Source of the DNA: Candidatus Enterousia sp.
GTDB taxonomy: Bacteria; Pseudomonadota; Alphaproteobacteria; Rs-D84
Reading direction: 5' to 3'
NCBI GenBank assembly: GCA_045587125.1
Contig: JAZNBN010000016.1
Location: 32,728 to 96,727, forward strand
DNA: 64,000 nucleotides
Of this stretch, positions 21,001-28,497 are shown piece after piece (positions within the stretch are counted from its first letter, which is position 1; the number at the start of each line of letters is the position of its first letter). The translations under genes and the position numbers were made by a program. The notes beneath the pieces were generated by a model. That model made no database searches. It was given only the letters and a program-made list of their open reading frames with translations, and was not told where the DNA came from.

Positions 21001-22206
21001 AAAGAATTGTTCAGCAGTGCATTGCCATACGCATCTATGTTGATTGTGAACGACGGCGATGTTGTTGAAAAGGGTGCCAAGGTTGCAGAATGGGATCCAT
21101 ATTCCAACACAATCATTGCTGAATCTGATGGTATTGTAAACTTCAACGACTTGATTGAAAACGTTTCATATCAAGAAGAAGTTGATTCAATGACAGGTAT
21201 CGTTTCACGCAAAGTTACAAATTGGAAAACAAATACGAAAAAGGCTTTGAAACCGGCAATTACATTGGTTGACAACAAAGGCGAAGTTATATCACTGGGG
21301 GGCAAAAAGATTGCAGAATATCTGTTGCCAATTTATTCAGTGTTGAATGTAGCCAATGGTGACAAGGTTGTTGCGGGTGACGTATTGGCACGTATCCCTG
21401 TTCAGGCAAAACGTACAGGTGACATTACAGGTGGTTTGCCACGTGTTAATGAATTACTGGAAGTACGCCGTCCAACAAACCCAGCATTGCTGGCGGAAAT
21501 TGACGGTACGGTTGAATTGGAAGATGCGAAATCAAAGATTATTATCCGTATTGAACCAACAGATGGTACTGCACCTGTTGAATACGCTGTGCCTAAGGGT
21601 ACAAACCTGTTGGTACGCAGTGGTGATATTGTTCGCAAAGCTGATAAATTGGTTGATGGTGACCCTGTTCCACAAGATATTTTGCGTATCTTGGGCCAGA
21701 AAGCCTTGGCAACATTTATGGTTGAACAAATTCAGCAAGTTTATCGTTTGCAGGGTGTAACAATCAATGACAAACATATTGAAATTTTGATACGTGAAAT
21801 GACACGTCGTGTTGAAATCACAAATCCAGGTGACACAGGATTCTTGATGGGTGCTGTTGTTGACCGTGTTGATTTTGAAGAAGAAAACGCACGTGTTGCA
21901 CGTGATGGTGGCAGATTGGCTGAGGCATCTCAGGTCTTGGTTGGTTTGACTCGTGCATCATTGACATCACGTTCATTTATCTCGAACGCATCGTTCCAAC
22001 AGACAACCAAGGTATTGGTTGATGCCGCAATCAGTGGTTCAACAGATAAATTGGTTGGTATTAACGAAAACTTGATTGTTGGTCGTTTGATTCCAATTGG
22101 AACTGGTGCCTATGTTCGTCGTGTACGTGAAATTGCACGTGAAGAAGAAAAGGCTGAAAAGTTGGCACGTGAAGGTAACGGTCAACAGCAATTGTTGGAT
22201 ATTTAA
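18097..22206 (+). CDS. rpoC: DNA-directed RNA polymerase subunit beta'
   Basis: 1369 aa. Zn-finger [23 protein letters not shown] and catalytic NADFDGDQM. Confidence 0.98.
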   Translation: [1369 protein letters not shown]

Positions 22207-22287
22207 TATCCTGCAATTAAACGGATTGCGCCCAGTATGGTATAATGCCACACTGGGCGTACGTATCTAATGGGGGTAATAAAAAAT

Positions 22288-22686
22288 ATGAAAAAAATAC
22301 CTGCAATTTATTGTGATATAGATGGTGTTGTATGCCACAAATTTGCAACACCAAATTATGATCGTTTTGGTGCACCCAATGAAAACATGATAAAAATATT
22401 GGAAACATTGGGACGTGATTTTACGATTGTATTTATCACAGGTCGTTGGGCAATGGGTCAACACAAGGTTGAAAATCATATTCAAAATTTATTGCCGAAC
22501 ATAAATAAATTGGTTTTTTGCAAACCACATGATTATCCGGGTACAACTGCGGAATTTAAATTGGCGAAAATCCAAGAACTGGAATCAGATGGTTATCAGT
22601 TCTATATGGGGCTTGATGACCACAGTGCGGTTGTAGGTTTAATGCATAATCATGGCATGTTTTTTGCCCAAGTAATATCTGATTAA
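22288..22686 (+). CDS. HAD-superfamily phosphatase-like protein (hypothetical)
   Basis: N-terminal DxDG motif (IYCDIDGVV), ITGR and a later GLDDH. Start could be 22270 or 22288. Confidence 0.45.
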   Translation: MKKIPAIYCDIDGVVCHKFATPNYDRFGAPNENMIKILETLGRDFTIVFITGRWAMGQHKVENHIQNLLPNINKLVFCKPHDYPGTTAEFKLAKIQELESDGYQFYMGLDDHSAVVGLMHNHGMFFAQVISD

Positions 22687-22694
22687 AGTTTTAC

Positions 22695-22722
22695 TTGCAA
22701 AATCGCAGAAATTGAATAAAAT
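22695..22722 (+). promoter_or_regulatory. Candidate promoter for rpmF-plsX
   Basis: TTGCAA, 16-nt spacer, TAAAAT. Confidence 0.45.
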
Positions 22723-22753
22723 AGAACAGTTATAAATAAAAAAGGATAAAAAA

Positions 22754-22903
22754 ATGGCAACGCCAAAAAGTAAAACAAGTAAAGCACGCAGTGCACAACG
22801 TCGTTCACATGACGCATTGTCTGTAATGCCATGTGGTGTATGCAAAACATGTGGTGAAAAGAAACGTCCACATCATGTATGTCCTGCATGTGGTGCAAAA
22901 TAA
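22754..22903 (+). CDS. rpmF: 50S ribosomal protein L32 (49 aa; below the ORF-track cutoff)
   Basis: Hand translation: MATPKSKTSKARSAQRRSHDALSVMPCGVCKTCGEKKRPHHVCPACGAK. Has the CxxC...CxxC knuckle and lies upstream of plsX as usual. Confidence 0.9.
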   Translation: MATPKSKTSKARSAQRRSHDALSVMPCGVCKTCGEKKRPHHVCPACGAK

Positions 22904-22927
22904 ATTAACAAAACAAAATGGATAAAC

Positions 22928-22977
22928 AGCAGGAAAAGAATCGTATAGCGTTTCGGTCTTTTTCTGCTTTTTTTATG
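22928..22977 (+). terminator. Hairpin plus T-run between rpmF and plsX (attenuator)
   Basis: AGCAGGAAAAGA ... TCTTTTTCTGCT (one mismatch) followed by TTTTTTT. Confidence 0.5.
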
Positions 22978-22981
22978 TAAC

Positions 22982-24040
22982 ATGTCAGAAGATAAGAAAG
23001 TCATAGCAATTGATACCATGGGTGGGGACAAAGGTCCAAACGCTGTATTGGGTGGTATGAATCAGTTTTTGTATCAACATGGCGAAGATGTATTTTTTCG
23101 CATCTTTGGTGATGAAAAGGTATTACGCAAATTATTGGCAAAATATCCACGTGTTGCCCGTAATTGCGAAGTAATCCATGCACCTGGGGTTATCAAGGGA
23201 ACTGATAAAGTAATGGACGTTCTGCGTCATGCCCAAGATACATCTATGTACATGGCAATCAAAGACGTTCGTGAAGGAAAATCTGCCGCGGTTATCAGTG
23301 CTGGTAACACAGGCATGTTGATGTCATTATCTAAATTGGCGTTGAAAACAATTGATGGTATTGCACGTCCTGCGATTACAACAATGTTACCATCTGGGGC
23401 GGGGGACAGCCGTGTTGTCGTTCTGGATTTGGGTGCAAACGTTCAATGTGATGAAAATGTATTGTTTGACTTTGCCGTATTGGGCAGTGTTTATGCCGAA
23501 GTTGTGGGCAAAATGCCAAAACCAAAATTGGGTGTATTAAACATTGGTTCCGAAGAAACCAAGGGCAATGAAACATTGGTCCATTTGAATAAAGTTCTGA
23601 CAGAAAATAAAGATGAATTGCCATACGAATACATCGGTTTTGTAGAGGCAAATGATATCAGTGCGGGTAAGGTTCAGGTTGTTGTGACCGACGGCTTTAC
23701 TGGCAATATCGTATTGAAAACGGTTGAAGGTACCGCAAAATTAATTAAACGTGTTATCGTTGAAAATTTCAAGAAATCTGTTTTGGCGATAATGGGTGCT
23801 TTTTTCTTGGTACACGTATTTAAACGTTTAAAGAATAAAATTGACCCACGTTCTTATGCCGGTGCGACATTTTTGGGATTGCGTGGTTTTGCGTTTAAAA
23901 CACATGGGAACAGTGATGCATTGGCATTTGCAAATGCGATAAAATATGCATTTGATTTGACCAAGGCAAACCTTAATGGATTAATAGAAGAACGTGCACG
24001 TGCACTGGCCACGGTCCGTGCAAAATTACAAGAAGAATAA
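22982..24040 (+). CDS. plsX: Phosphate acyltransferase PlsX
   Basis: 352 aa. IAIDTMGGDKGPN, SAGNTGMLM and VTDGFTGNIVLKTVEG. Confidence 0.93.
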   Translation: MSEDKKVIAIDTMGGDKGPNAVLGGMNQFLYQHGEDVFFRIFGDEKVLRKLLAKYPRVARNCEVIHAPGVIKGTDKVMDVLRHAQDTSMYMAIKDVREGKSAAVISAGNTGMLMSLSKLALKTIDGIARPAITTMLPSGAGDSRVVVLDLGANVQCDENVLFDFAVLGSVYAEVVGKMPKPKLGVLNIGSEETKGNETLVHLNKVLTENKDELPYEYIGFVEANDISAGKVQVVVTDGFTGNIVLKTVEGTAKLIKRVIVENFKKSVLAIMGAFFLVHVFKRLKNKIDPRSYAGATFLGLRGFAFKTHGNSDALAFANAIKYAFDLTKANLNGLIEERARALATVRAKLQEE

Positions 24041-24064
24041 AAATCCCCTTGTGGGATTTTTTTA
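24039..24064 (+). terminator. Rho-independent terminator after plsX (also the 5' edge of the duplicated cassette)
   Basis: AAATCCC-CTTGT-GGGATTT plus T-run. Homologous to 53727-53752. Confidence 0.7.
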
Positions 24065-24129
24065 TTTATGATAAAATTCACGTAACAGGGAAAAACGAAG
24101 GAAAAAATGATAGAATTTCGCAGAAATCT

Positions 24130-24153
24130 AGAGAGAGAGAGAGAGAGAGAGAG
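24130..24153 (+). repeat. (AG)12 dinucleotide tract
   Basis: Counted directly: AGAGAG... for 24 nt. The paralogous position 53820-53833 has (AG)7. Confidence 0.95.
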
Positions 24154-24193
24154 TTAAAAACATTTAACGCAAACCGTGTTTGCGTGTATGAAT

Positions 24194-24234
24194 AAACACC
24201 CAATGGTGCGTTGCGCCATTGGGTGTTTGTTTTG
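24194..24234 (+). terminator. Leader terminator-like hairpin, copy 1
   Basis: Perfect 13-bp stem AAACACCCAATGG / CCATTGGGTGTTT, 9-nt loop, then GTTTTG. Confidence 0.5.
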
Positions 24235-24273
24235 AAACGAAAGGAACAGATATAGAACAAAGCACTTAATAAA

Positions 24274-24381
24274 CCTTGTCATTGCGAGGGGTGTTAACCC
24301 CGTGGCAATCCAGTGAATCGTGCTTTGTTATACTAAGGCCAAATTAACTGGATTGCCGCGCTATCGCTCGCAATGACAAGG
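24274..24381. mobile_element. MITE-like palindromic element inserted in the leader
   Basis: Perfect 15-bp terminal inverted repeats CCTTGTCATTGCGAG / CTCGCAATGACAAGG. Inner 11-bp IR GGCAATCCAGT / ACTGGATTGCC. Small GGGGT-GTTA-ACCCC hairpin. Absent from the paralogous leader at 53753-53941. Confidence 0.5.
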
Positions 24382-24416
24382 AAGCAAACAAAAAAACAAA
24401 AGAAAGGACGGGAGAT

Positions 24417-25559
24417 ATGAAAAAATATTTTTTAACCACCGCATTAATGGGAACGTTTATTGCACCTGCATTCGGTGCCGATAAAATAATAACCAGTGCG
24501 AATACATGTACATTTGACGTATTGGGTGTGCATGAAAATGATTCAACTGCAAACACAATAGCGACATGGGATTTGATAGATTATACATTGAATCCAGGGC
24601 AATACTTAAACGTAACAGAAACATCTGTGGACAAAACAACATGTCCCGCGGGTTCATATTGCGTTGGTGGTGGTTATACAGTTGAAACGGCGGACAACAG
24701 TATCGCCCAATGTCCGGCGGAATACCCGAACAGTGCCGAAGGTGCGGGTGCGGATACACAATGTTACACGGCATGTACGCTTAATATGGTTCCAAAGGCA
24801 AAGGCAGTTACCGGTAATGATTATTATGGCAATGGCACAGATACATGCGAACCAACGGCATGCGTTGCCGGTTGGCATGTAAAACCTGGATTAACCCTGA
24901 CAGAAATAATAGGTGAAGAAGCAGGTACTAACAGGGCACATATAAGAAACGATGGTTCATTTGACGAGGTTGATTTTGGTGGAGGTATCAAAGGCCAAGA
25001 ATATTATGGTATCAGTGGCAAAAATAGTTTTGCAGTAGATTATGCAGGTAAAGGTATGTTGACCGGCCATGGCCGTTGCAGCACGCAACCAGGGGTAAGA
25101 GAATTTGACTGGCCAACAGAGACTGGTGGAGAAATAACCGTTGTAAACAACCTGACCGATGAAACGGGTCAGGAAGGTGCGAAGTATTGTTATTGTCAGG
25201 TTGATGGTTTTACGCCAACGGGTGGCGACAAAGTAATAGTTACATCGGCCCCTTGGGTGTACTCAGACAACTCCAACGGCTCGGCAGATTATTGTGTTGA
25301 CAATTGTGCAGGATCCTGTGGTATCGCATTGGTTAATGACGTTGTAATCAATCTTCATTTACGTGCAGTGATGTTTGAAGCGATCGGATCAATAACACCT
25401 GCAACATGCGCCGCCAACACAATAAATATCGACTGGAATCCGGATAATGGTGGTGAACATACAGTTAATCAGTGTACATACGAAGGTAGTATTGAATTGC
25501 CAACCCCAGACCCAGTTAAACCTGGATATACATTTACGGGTTGGAAGTTGGTGGATTAA
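24417..25559 (+). CDS. Secreted Cys-rich modular protein with C-terminal GYTFTGW module (family member)
   Basis: Signal peptide MKKYFLTTALMGTFIAPAFG. The N-terminal ~120 aa are colinear with 53942-55321. The ~170-aa centre is unique. C-terminal NTINIDWNPDNGGEHTVNQCTYEGSIELPTPDPVKPGYTFTGWKLVD. Confidence 0.8.
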   Translation: MKKYFLTTALMGTFIAPAFGADKIITSANTCTFDVLGVHENDSTANTIATWDLIDYTLNPGQYLNVTETSVDKTTCPAGSYCVGGGYTVETADNSIAQCPAEYPNSAEGAGADTQCYTACTLNMVPKAKAVTGNDYYGNGTDTCEPTACVAGWHVKPGLTLTEIIGEEAGTNRAHIRNDGSFDEVDFGGGIKGQEYYGISGKNSFAVDYAGKGMLTGHGRCSTQPGVREFDWPTETGGEITVVNNLTDETGQEGAKYCYCQVDGFTPTGGDKVIVTSAPWVYSDNSNGSADYCVDNCAGSCGIALVNDVVINLHLRAVMFEAIGSITPATCAANTINIDWNPDNGGEHTVNQCTYEGSIELPTPDPVKPGYTFTGWKLVD

Positions 25560-25694
25560 AATAAATTATAATAATTCATCTGCCCGCGGTACCGGCAACT
25601 CATGTAACATTTGTACACTACGTTGCCGGCACCACGTGCATCTAAATCATTCTAATTCATTTTGTGGATATGATATATTCAGTTTCCCGTCCCT

Positions 25695-25721
25695 AAAATC
25701 CTCCAAGTGGGGGATTTTTTT
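25695..25721 (+). terminator. Rho-independent terminator (3' edge of cassette 1)
   Basis: AAAATCCTCC-AAGT-GGGGGATTTTTTT. Homologous to 55347-55373. Confidence 0.7.
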
Positions 25722-25734
25722 ATATGATTTTTAC

Positions 25735-25762
25735 TTGCAAATCTATATTTTTACTGTAAAAT
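25735..25762 (+). promoter_or_regulatory. Candidate promoter for rpsA
   Basis: TTGCAA, 16-nt spacer, TAAAAT. Followed by a ~95-nt GC-richer leader with the hairpin GGTGG-CTTG-CCACC. Confidence 0.45.
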
Positions 25763-25861
25763 TAGTACGATTTTGCGGGTGGGCGCAATTTCAGTCCGAT
25801 TAACCCCACAAGACCCCCAGAGAGATTTTAGGTGGCTTGCCACCCGAAACCTTGGTGAAGG

Positions 25862-27577
25862 GTGGCAAACTTTGATGAATATTTTCTTATGAAAGATTTA
25901 TCCAAAGATTTATTTAATCCACTGTCTGGCGAAGATTTTGTCCAGATGTTTGATGCGAACTATGGTTCCCAAGAAACATTACAAGGCTATGCAACCAAGG
26001 GTACTGTCAAAGATATCCGTGGTGATTTTGCAATGGTTGATGTTGGCTTGAAATCCGAAGGTCGTGTTCCTTTAAAAGAATTTGGTGCATCTGTGCCATC
26101 TGTTGGTGATATTATTGACGTTTTTGTTGAACGTTATGAATCCCGCGAAGGTACAGCCGTTCTGTCTTATGCCAAGGCTCGTGCTGAAAAAGCATGGAAA
26201 GAATTGGAAAAGACAGTTGCCGAAGGTGTTGACCCCGAAGGTACAATTATTGATGTTGTACGTGGTGGCTTCACAGTTGATATCAATGGTGTATTTGCAT
26301 TTATGCCATCTTCACAGGTTGACCACAAACCAATCCGTGATGCAAAATCTTTAATCGGCTTAAAAGACAAATTCCGTGTATTGAAAATGGACGCTTTGCG
26401 TACAAACGCAATTGTATCACGTCGTGCAATTCAATCTGATACAATCGCAGCCGCACAACAAGAAGCAATGAAAAACATTGAATTGGGTGCTGTTGTAGAA
26501 GGTACAGTTAAAAACATCACAGATTATGGTGTATTTATTGACTTGGGCGGTATTGATGGTTTGTTGCACGTAACAGACTTGTCTTGGAAACGTGTAAATC
26601 ATCCACGTGAATTGGTACATGTTGGCGAAAAAATCAAAGTCAAAGTTATCCAATTCGACCCAGAATCACATCGTATTTCTTTGGGTGCAAAACAATTAGA
26701 AGAAGATCCATGGGAAACAGCATCACGTGCGTTCAATGTTGGTGATACTGTAACTGGTAAAGTATCTTCTTTGACAGATTATGGTGCCTTTATCGATTTG
26801 GGCAACAATATCGAAGGCTTGGTACACATGTCTGAATTGTCTTGGACAAACAAAAACATTCACCCAAGCAAAGTTTTGCAAAATGGCCAAGAAATCAATA
26901 TCGTTGTTTTGGGTATTGACCAAGATAAACGCCGCATTTCATTGGGTTATAAACAACTGCAACCAAATCCATGGAAACAGTTTGCAGAAACACACAATGT
27001 TGGCGATGTAATCACAGGTCCAATCAAAAATACAACTGAATTTGGTTTGTTTGTTGCTTTGACACCTGAATTAGATGGTATGGTTCATATCTCTGATTTG
27101 TCTTGGAACAAATTGGACGAAGAAGAATTGAAAAAATTCGTTCGTGGCCAAGAAGTAACAGCGAAAATTTTGGACATCAATCCAGAAAAAGAACGTGTTA
27201 CATTGGGTATCAAACAATTGACAGCCGGTGCAGAAAACAACGCAGTGTCTTTGAAAAAAGGCGCGGTTGTATGCGGTACAGTTTCCGAAATCACACCTGA
27301 TGAATTGATTTTGTCATTACAGGGCGACGTACGTGGTGTTATCCGCCGTACAGACCTGTCACGTGAAAAATCAGAACAGGATACAGGCAAATTTAACATC
27401 GGTGATTCAGTAGAAGCATCTGTTGTTTCTGTTGAAGATAACACTGTTAAATTGTCTATCCGTGCATTACAGGTGACATTGGAAAAGCAAGCAGTCAAAG
27501 AATTCTCTAACGAAGCAGACAGTGGTTCTGTTTTGGGCGATATCTTGGGTGCGGCTATCGAAAACAGCAAAAAATAA
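25862..27577 (+). CDS. rpsA: 30S ribosomal protein S1
   Basis: 571 aa with six S1 repeats (e.g. GTVKNITDYGVFIDLGGIDGLLHVTDLSW). Start is uncertain: GTG at 25862 or ATG at 25889. Confidence 0.93.
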   Translation: MANFDEYFLMKDLSKDLFNPLSGEDFVQMFDANYGSQETLQGYATKGTVKDIRGDFAMVDVGLKSEGRVPLKEFGASVPSVGDIIDVFVERYESREGTAVLSYAKARAEKAWKELEKTVAEGVDPEGTIIDVVRGGFTVDINGVFAFMPSSQVDHKPIRDAKSLIGLKDKFRVLKMDALRTNAIVSRRAIQSDTIAAAQQEAMKNIELGAVVEGTVKNITDYGVFIDLGGIDGLLHVTDLSWKRVNHPRELVHVGEKIKVKVIQFDPESHRISLGAKQLEEDPWETASRAFNVGDTVTGKVSSLTDYGAFIDLGNNIEGLVHMSELSWTNKNIHPSKVLQNGQEINIVVLGIDQDKRRISLGYKQLQPNPWKQFAETHNVGDVITGPIKNTTEFGLFVALTPELDGMVHISDLSWNKLDEEELKKFVRGQEVTAKILDINPEKERVTLGIKQLTAGAENNAVSLKKGAVVCGTVSEITPDELILSLQGDVRGVIRRTDLSREKSEQDTGKFNIGDSVEASVVSVEDNTVKLSIRALQVTLEKQAVKEFSNEADSGSVLGDILGAAIENSKK

Positions 27578-27599
27578 TATGCATATTTGTATATAATTT

Positions 27600-27628
27600 C
27601 TGCCCGTCTTATGATGGGCAGTTTTTTA
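27600..27628 (+). terminator. Rho-independent terminator after rpsA
   Basis: CTGCCC-GTCTTATGAT-GGGCAG followed by TTTTTT. Confidence 0.7.
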
Positions 27629-27686
27629 TTTATATATATTGACATTTGTTATTTTTGTACTATATTGTATACAACAGAGGAAAAAC

Positions 27687-28445
27687 ATGAGAAATAAATT
27701 TGTTGTTGAAAACGGTATTGTTGTATCTGGTACGGTTACATTGGTACGCAAAGGCAATGATTTTGAAAAGGTGTCTTTGGCGGATTTGGTGGACATAAAA
27801 AATCCGATTGTTTTTGGTGATATTGATTTATCTGGCCAAGGTCTGACTGAATTACCCCAGATGTCAAATGTGATTATGTACGGTTCTTTTCTGTGTCAAA
27901 ACAATAATCTTAAGTCATTAAAGGGTATGCCACGTCAGGTCAGCGGTCGTGTAGATTGTTCCAATAACAAAATCAAAAGCCTGCGTCATATGTCAAAGCA
28001 TATTGGTGATGGTTTTAATTTCTCTCATAACGAAGTAGACAGTCTGTATTATTTATCAGAAGATATCAAAGGTGACATAGATGCGTCTTATAATGAATTG
28101 GTAGATTTGTCTTATTGTGTGCCTGAATGTCATGGTCGTTTTAATTGTTCTTATAATAAATTAGTCAGTTTGAACGGCCGTTTAGATGTTGTATGGTCCG
28201 CAATGGATTGTTCGTATAATTATTTACCAAATCTAGAAGATATGCCCGGGACAATTTATGGTGATTTAATATGTTCAGGAAACGAATTTTCTGATAAATT
28301 CAAGGTGCCTGGTGATGTTCCTGGTAATGTCATGGGTAAGATAATATACGACAACAAGAAATCGGTAAAAGAAAACACCAATACTAACAAATTCAATACG
28401 TTTATTGATAAAATGAAAAATAATTTTATGCGAAGAAGTAAATAA
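27687..28445 (+). CDS. Leucine-rich-repeat-like protein (hypothetical, no signal peptide)
   Basis: Start at ATG 27687 (AGAGGAAAAAC). About seven ~22-aa repeats of the type CxNNxLxSLxGxPxxVxGxxxCSxN. Basic C-terminus KMKNNFMRRSK. Confidence 0.6.
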   Translation: MRNKFVVENGIVVSGTVTLVRKGNDFEKVSLADLVDIKNPIVFGDIDLSGQGLTELPQMSNVIMYGSFLCQNNNLKSLKGMPRQVSGRVDCSNNKIKSLRHMSKHIGDGFNFSHNEVDSLYYLSEDIKGDIDASYNELVDLSYCVPECHGRFNCSYNKLVSLNGRLDVVWSAMDCSYNYLPNLEDMPGTIYGDLICSGNEFSDKFKVPGDVPGNVMGKIIYDNKKSVKENTNTNKFNTFIDKMKNNFMRRSK

Positions 28446-28449
28446 GTAT

Positions 28450-28481
28450 ATTTTCCCCCCACTTGTTGGGGGATTTTTTTT
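28450..28481 (+). terminator. Rho-independent terminator
   Basis: TCCCCC-ACTTGTT-GGGGGA followed by T8. Confidence 0.7.
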
Positions 28482-28497
28482 ATGATATAATAAACGC

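Larger units (their letters stand above)
24065..24416 (+). promoter_or_regulatory. Leader/regulatory region, copy 1 (homologous to 53753-53941)
   Basis: Candidate extended -10 TGATAGAAT (24108-24116). (AG)12 tract. Alternative promoter TTAACG-N17-TATGAA (24164-24192). Palindrome GCAAAC-CGT-GTTTGC (24169-24183). Terminator-like hairpin at 24194-24234. Extra palindromic insert at 24274-24381. SD GGACGGGAGA. Confidence 0.55.

Noticed and set aside
13867-22251. Dozens of 60-180-aa ORFs antisense or out of frame within rpoB and rpoC (e.g. 14413-14961, 16630-17025, 18070-18492, 21356-21760)
   Set aside because: They are fully embedded in two unambiguous, full-length, highly conserved genes. They have no SDs and show the skewed composition typical of shadow ORFs.
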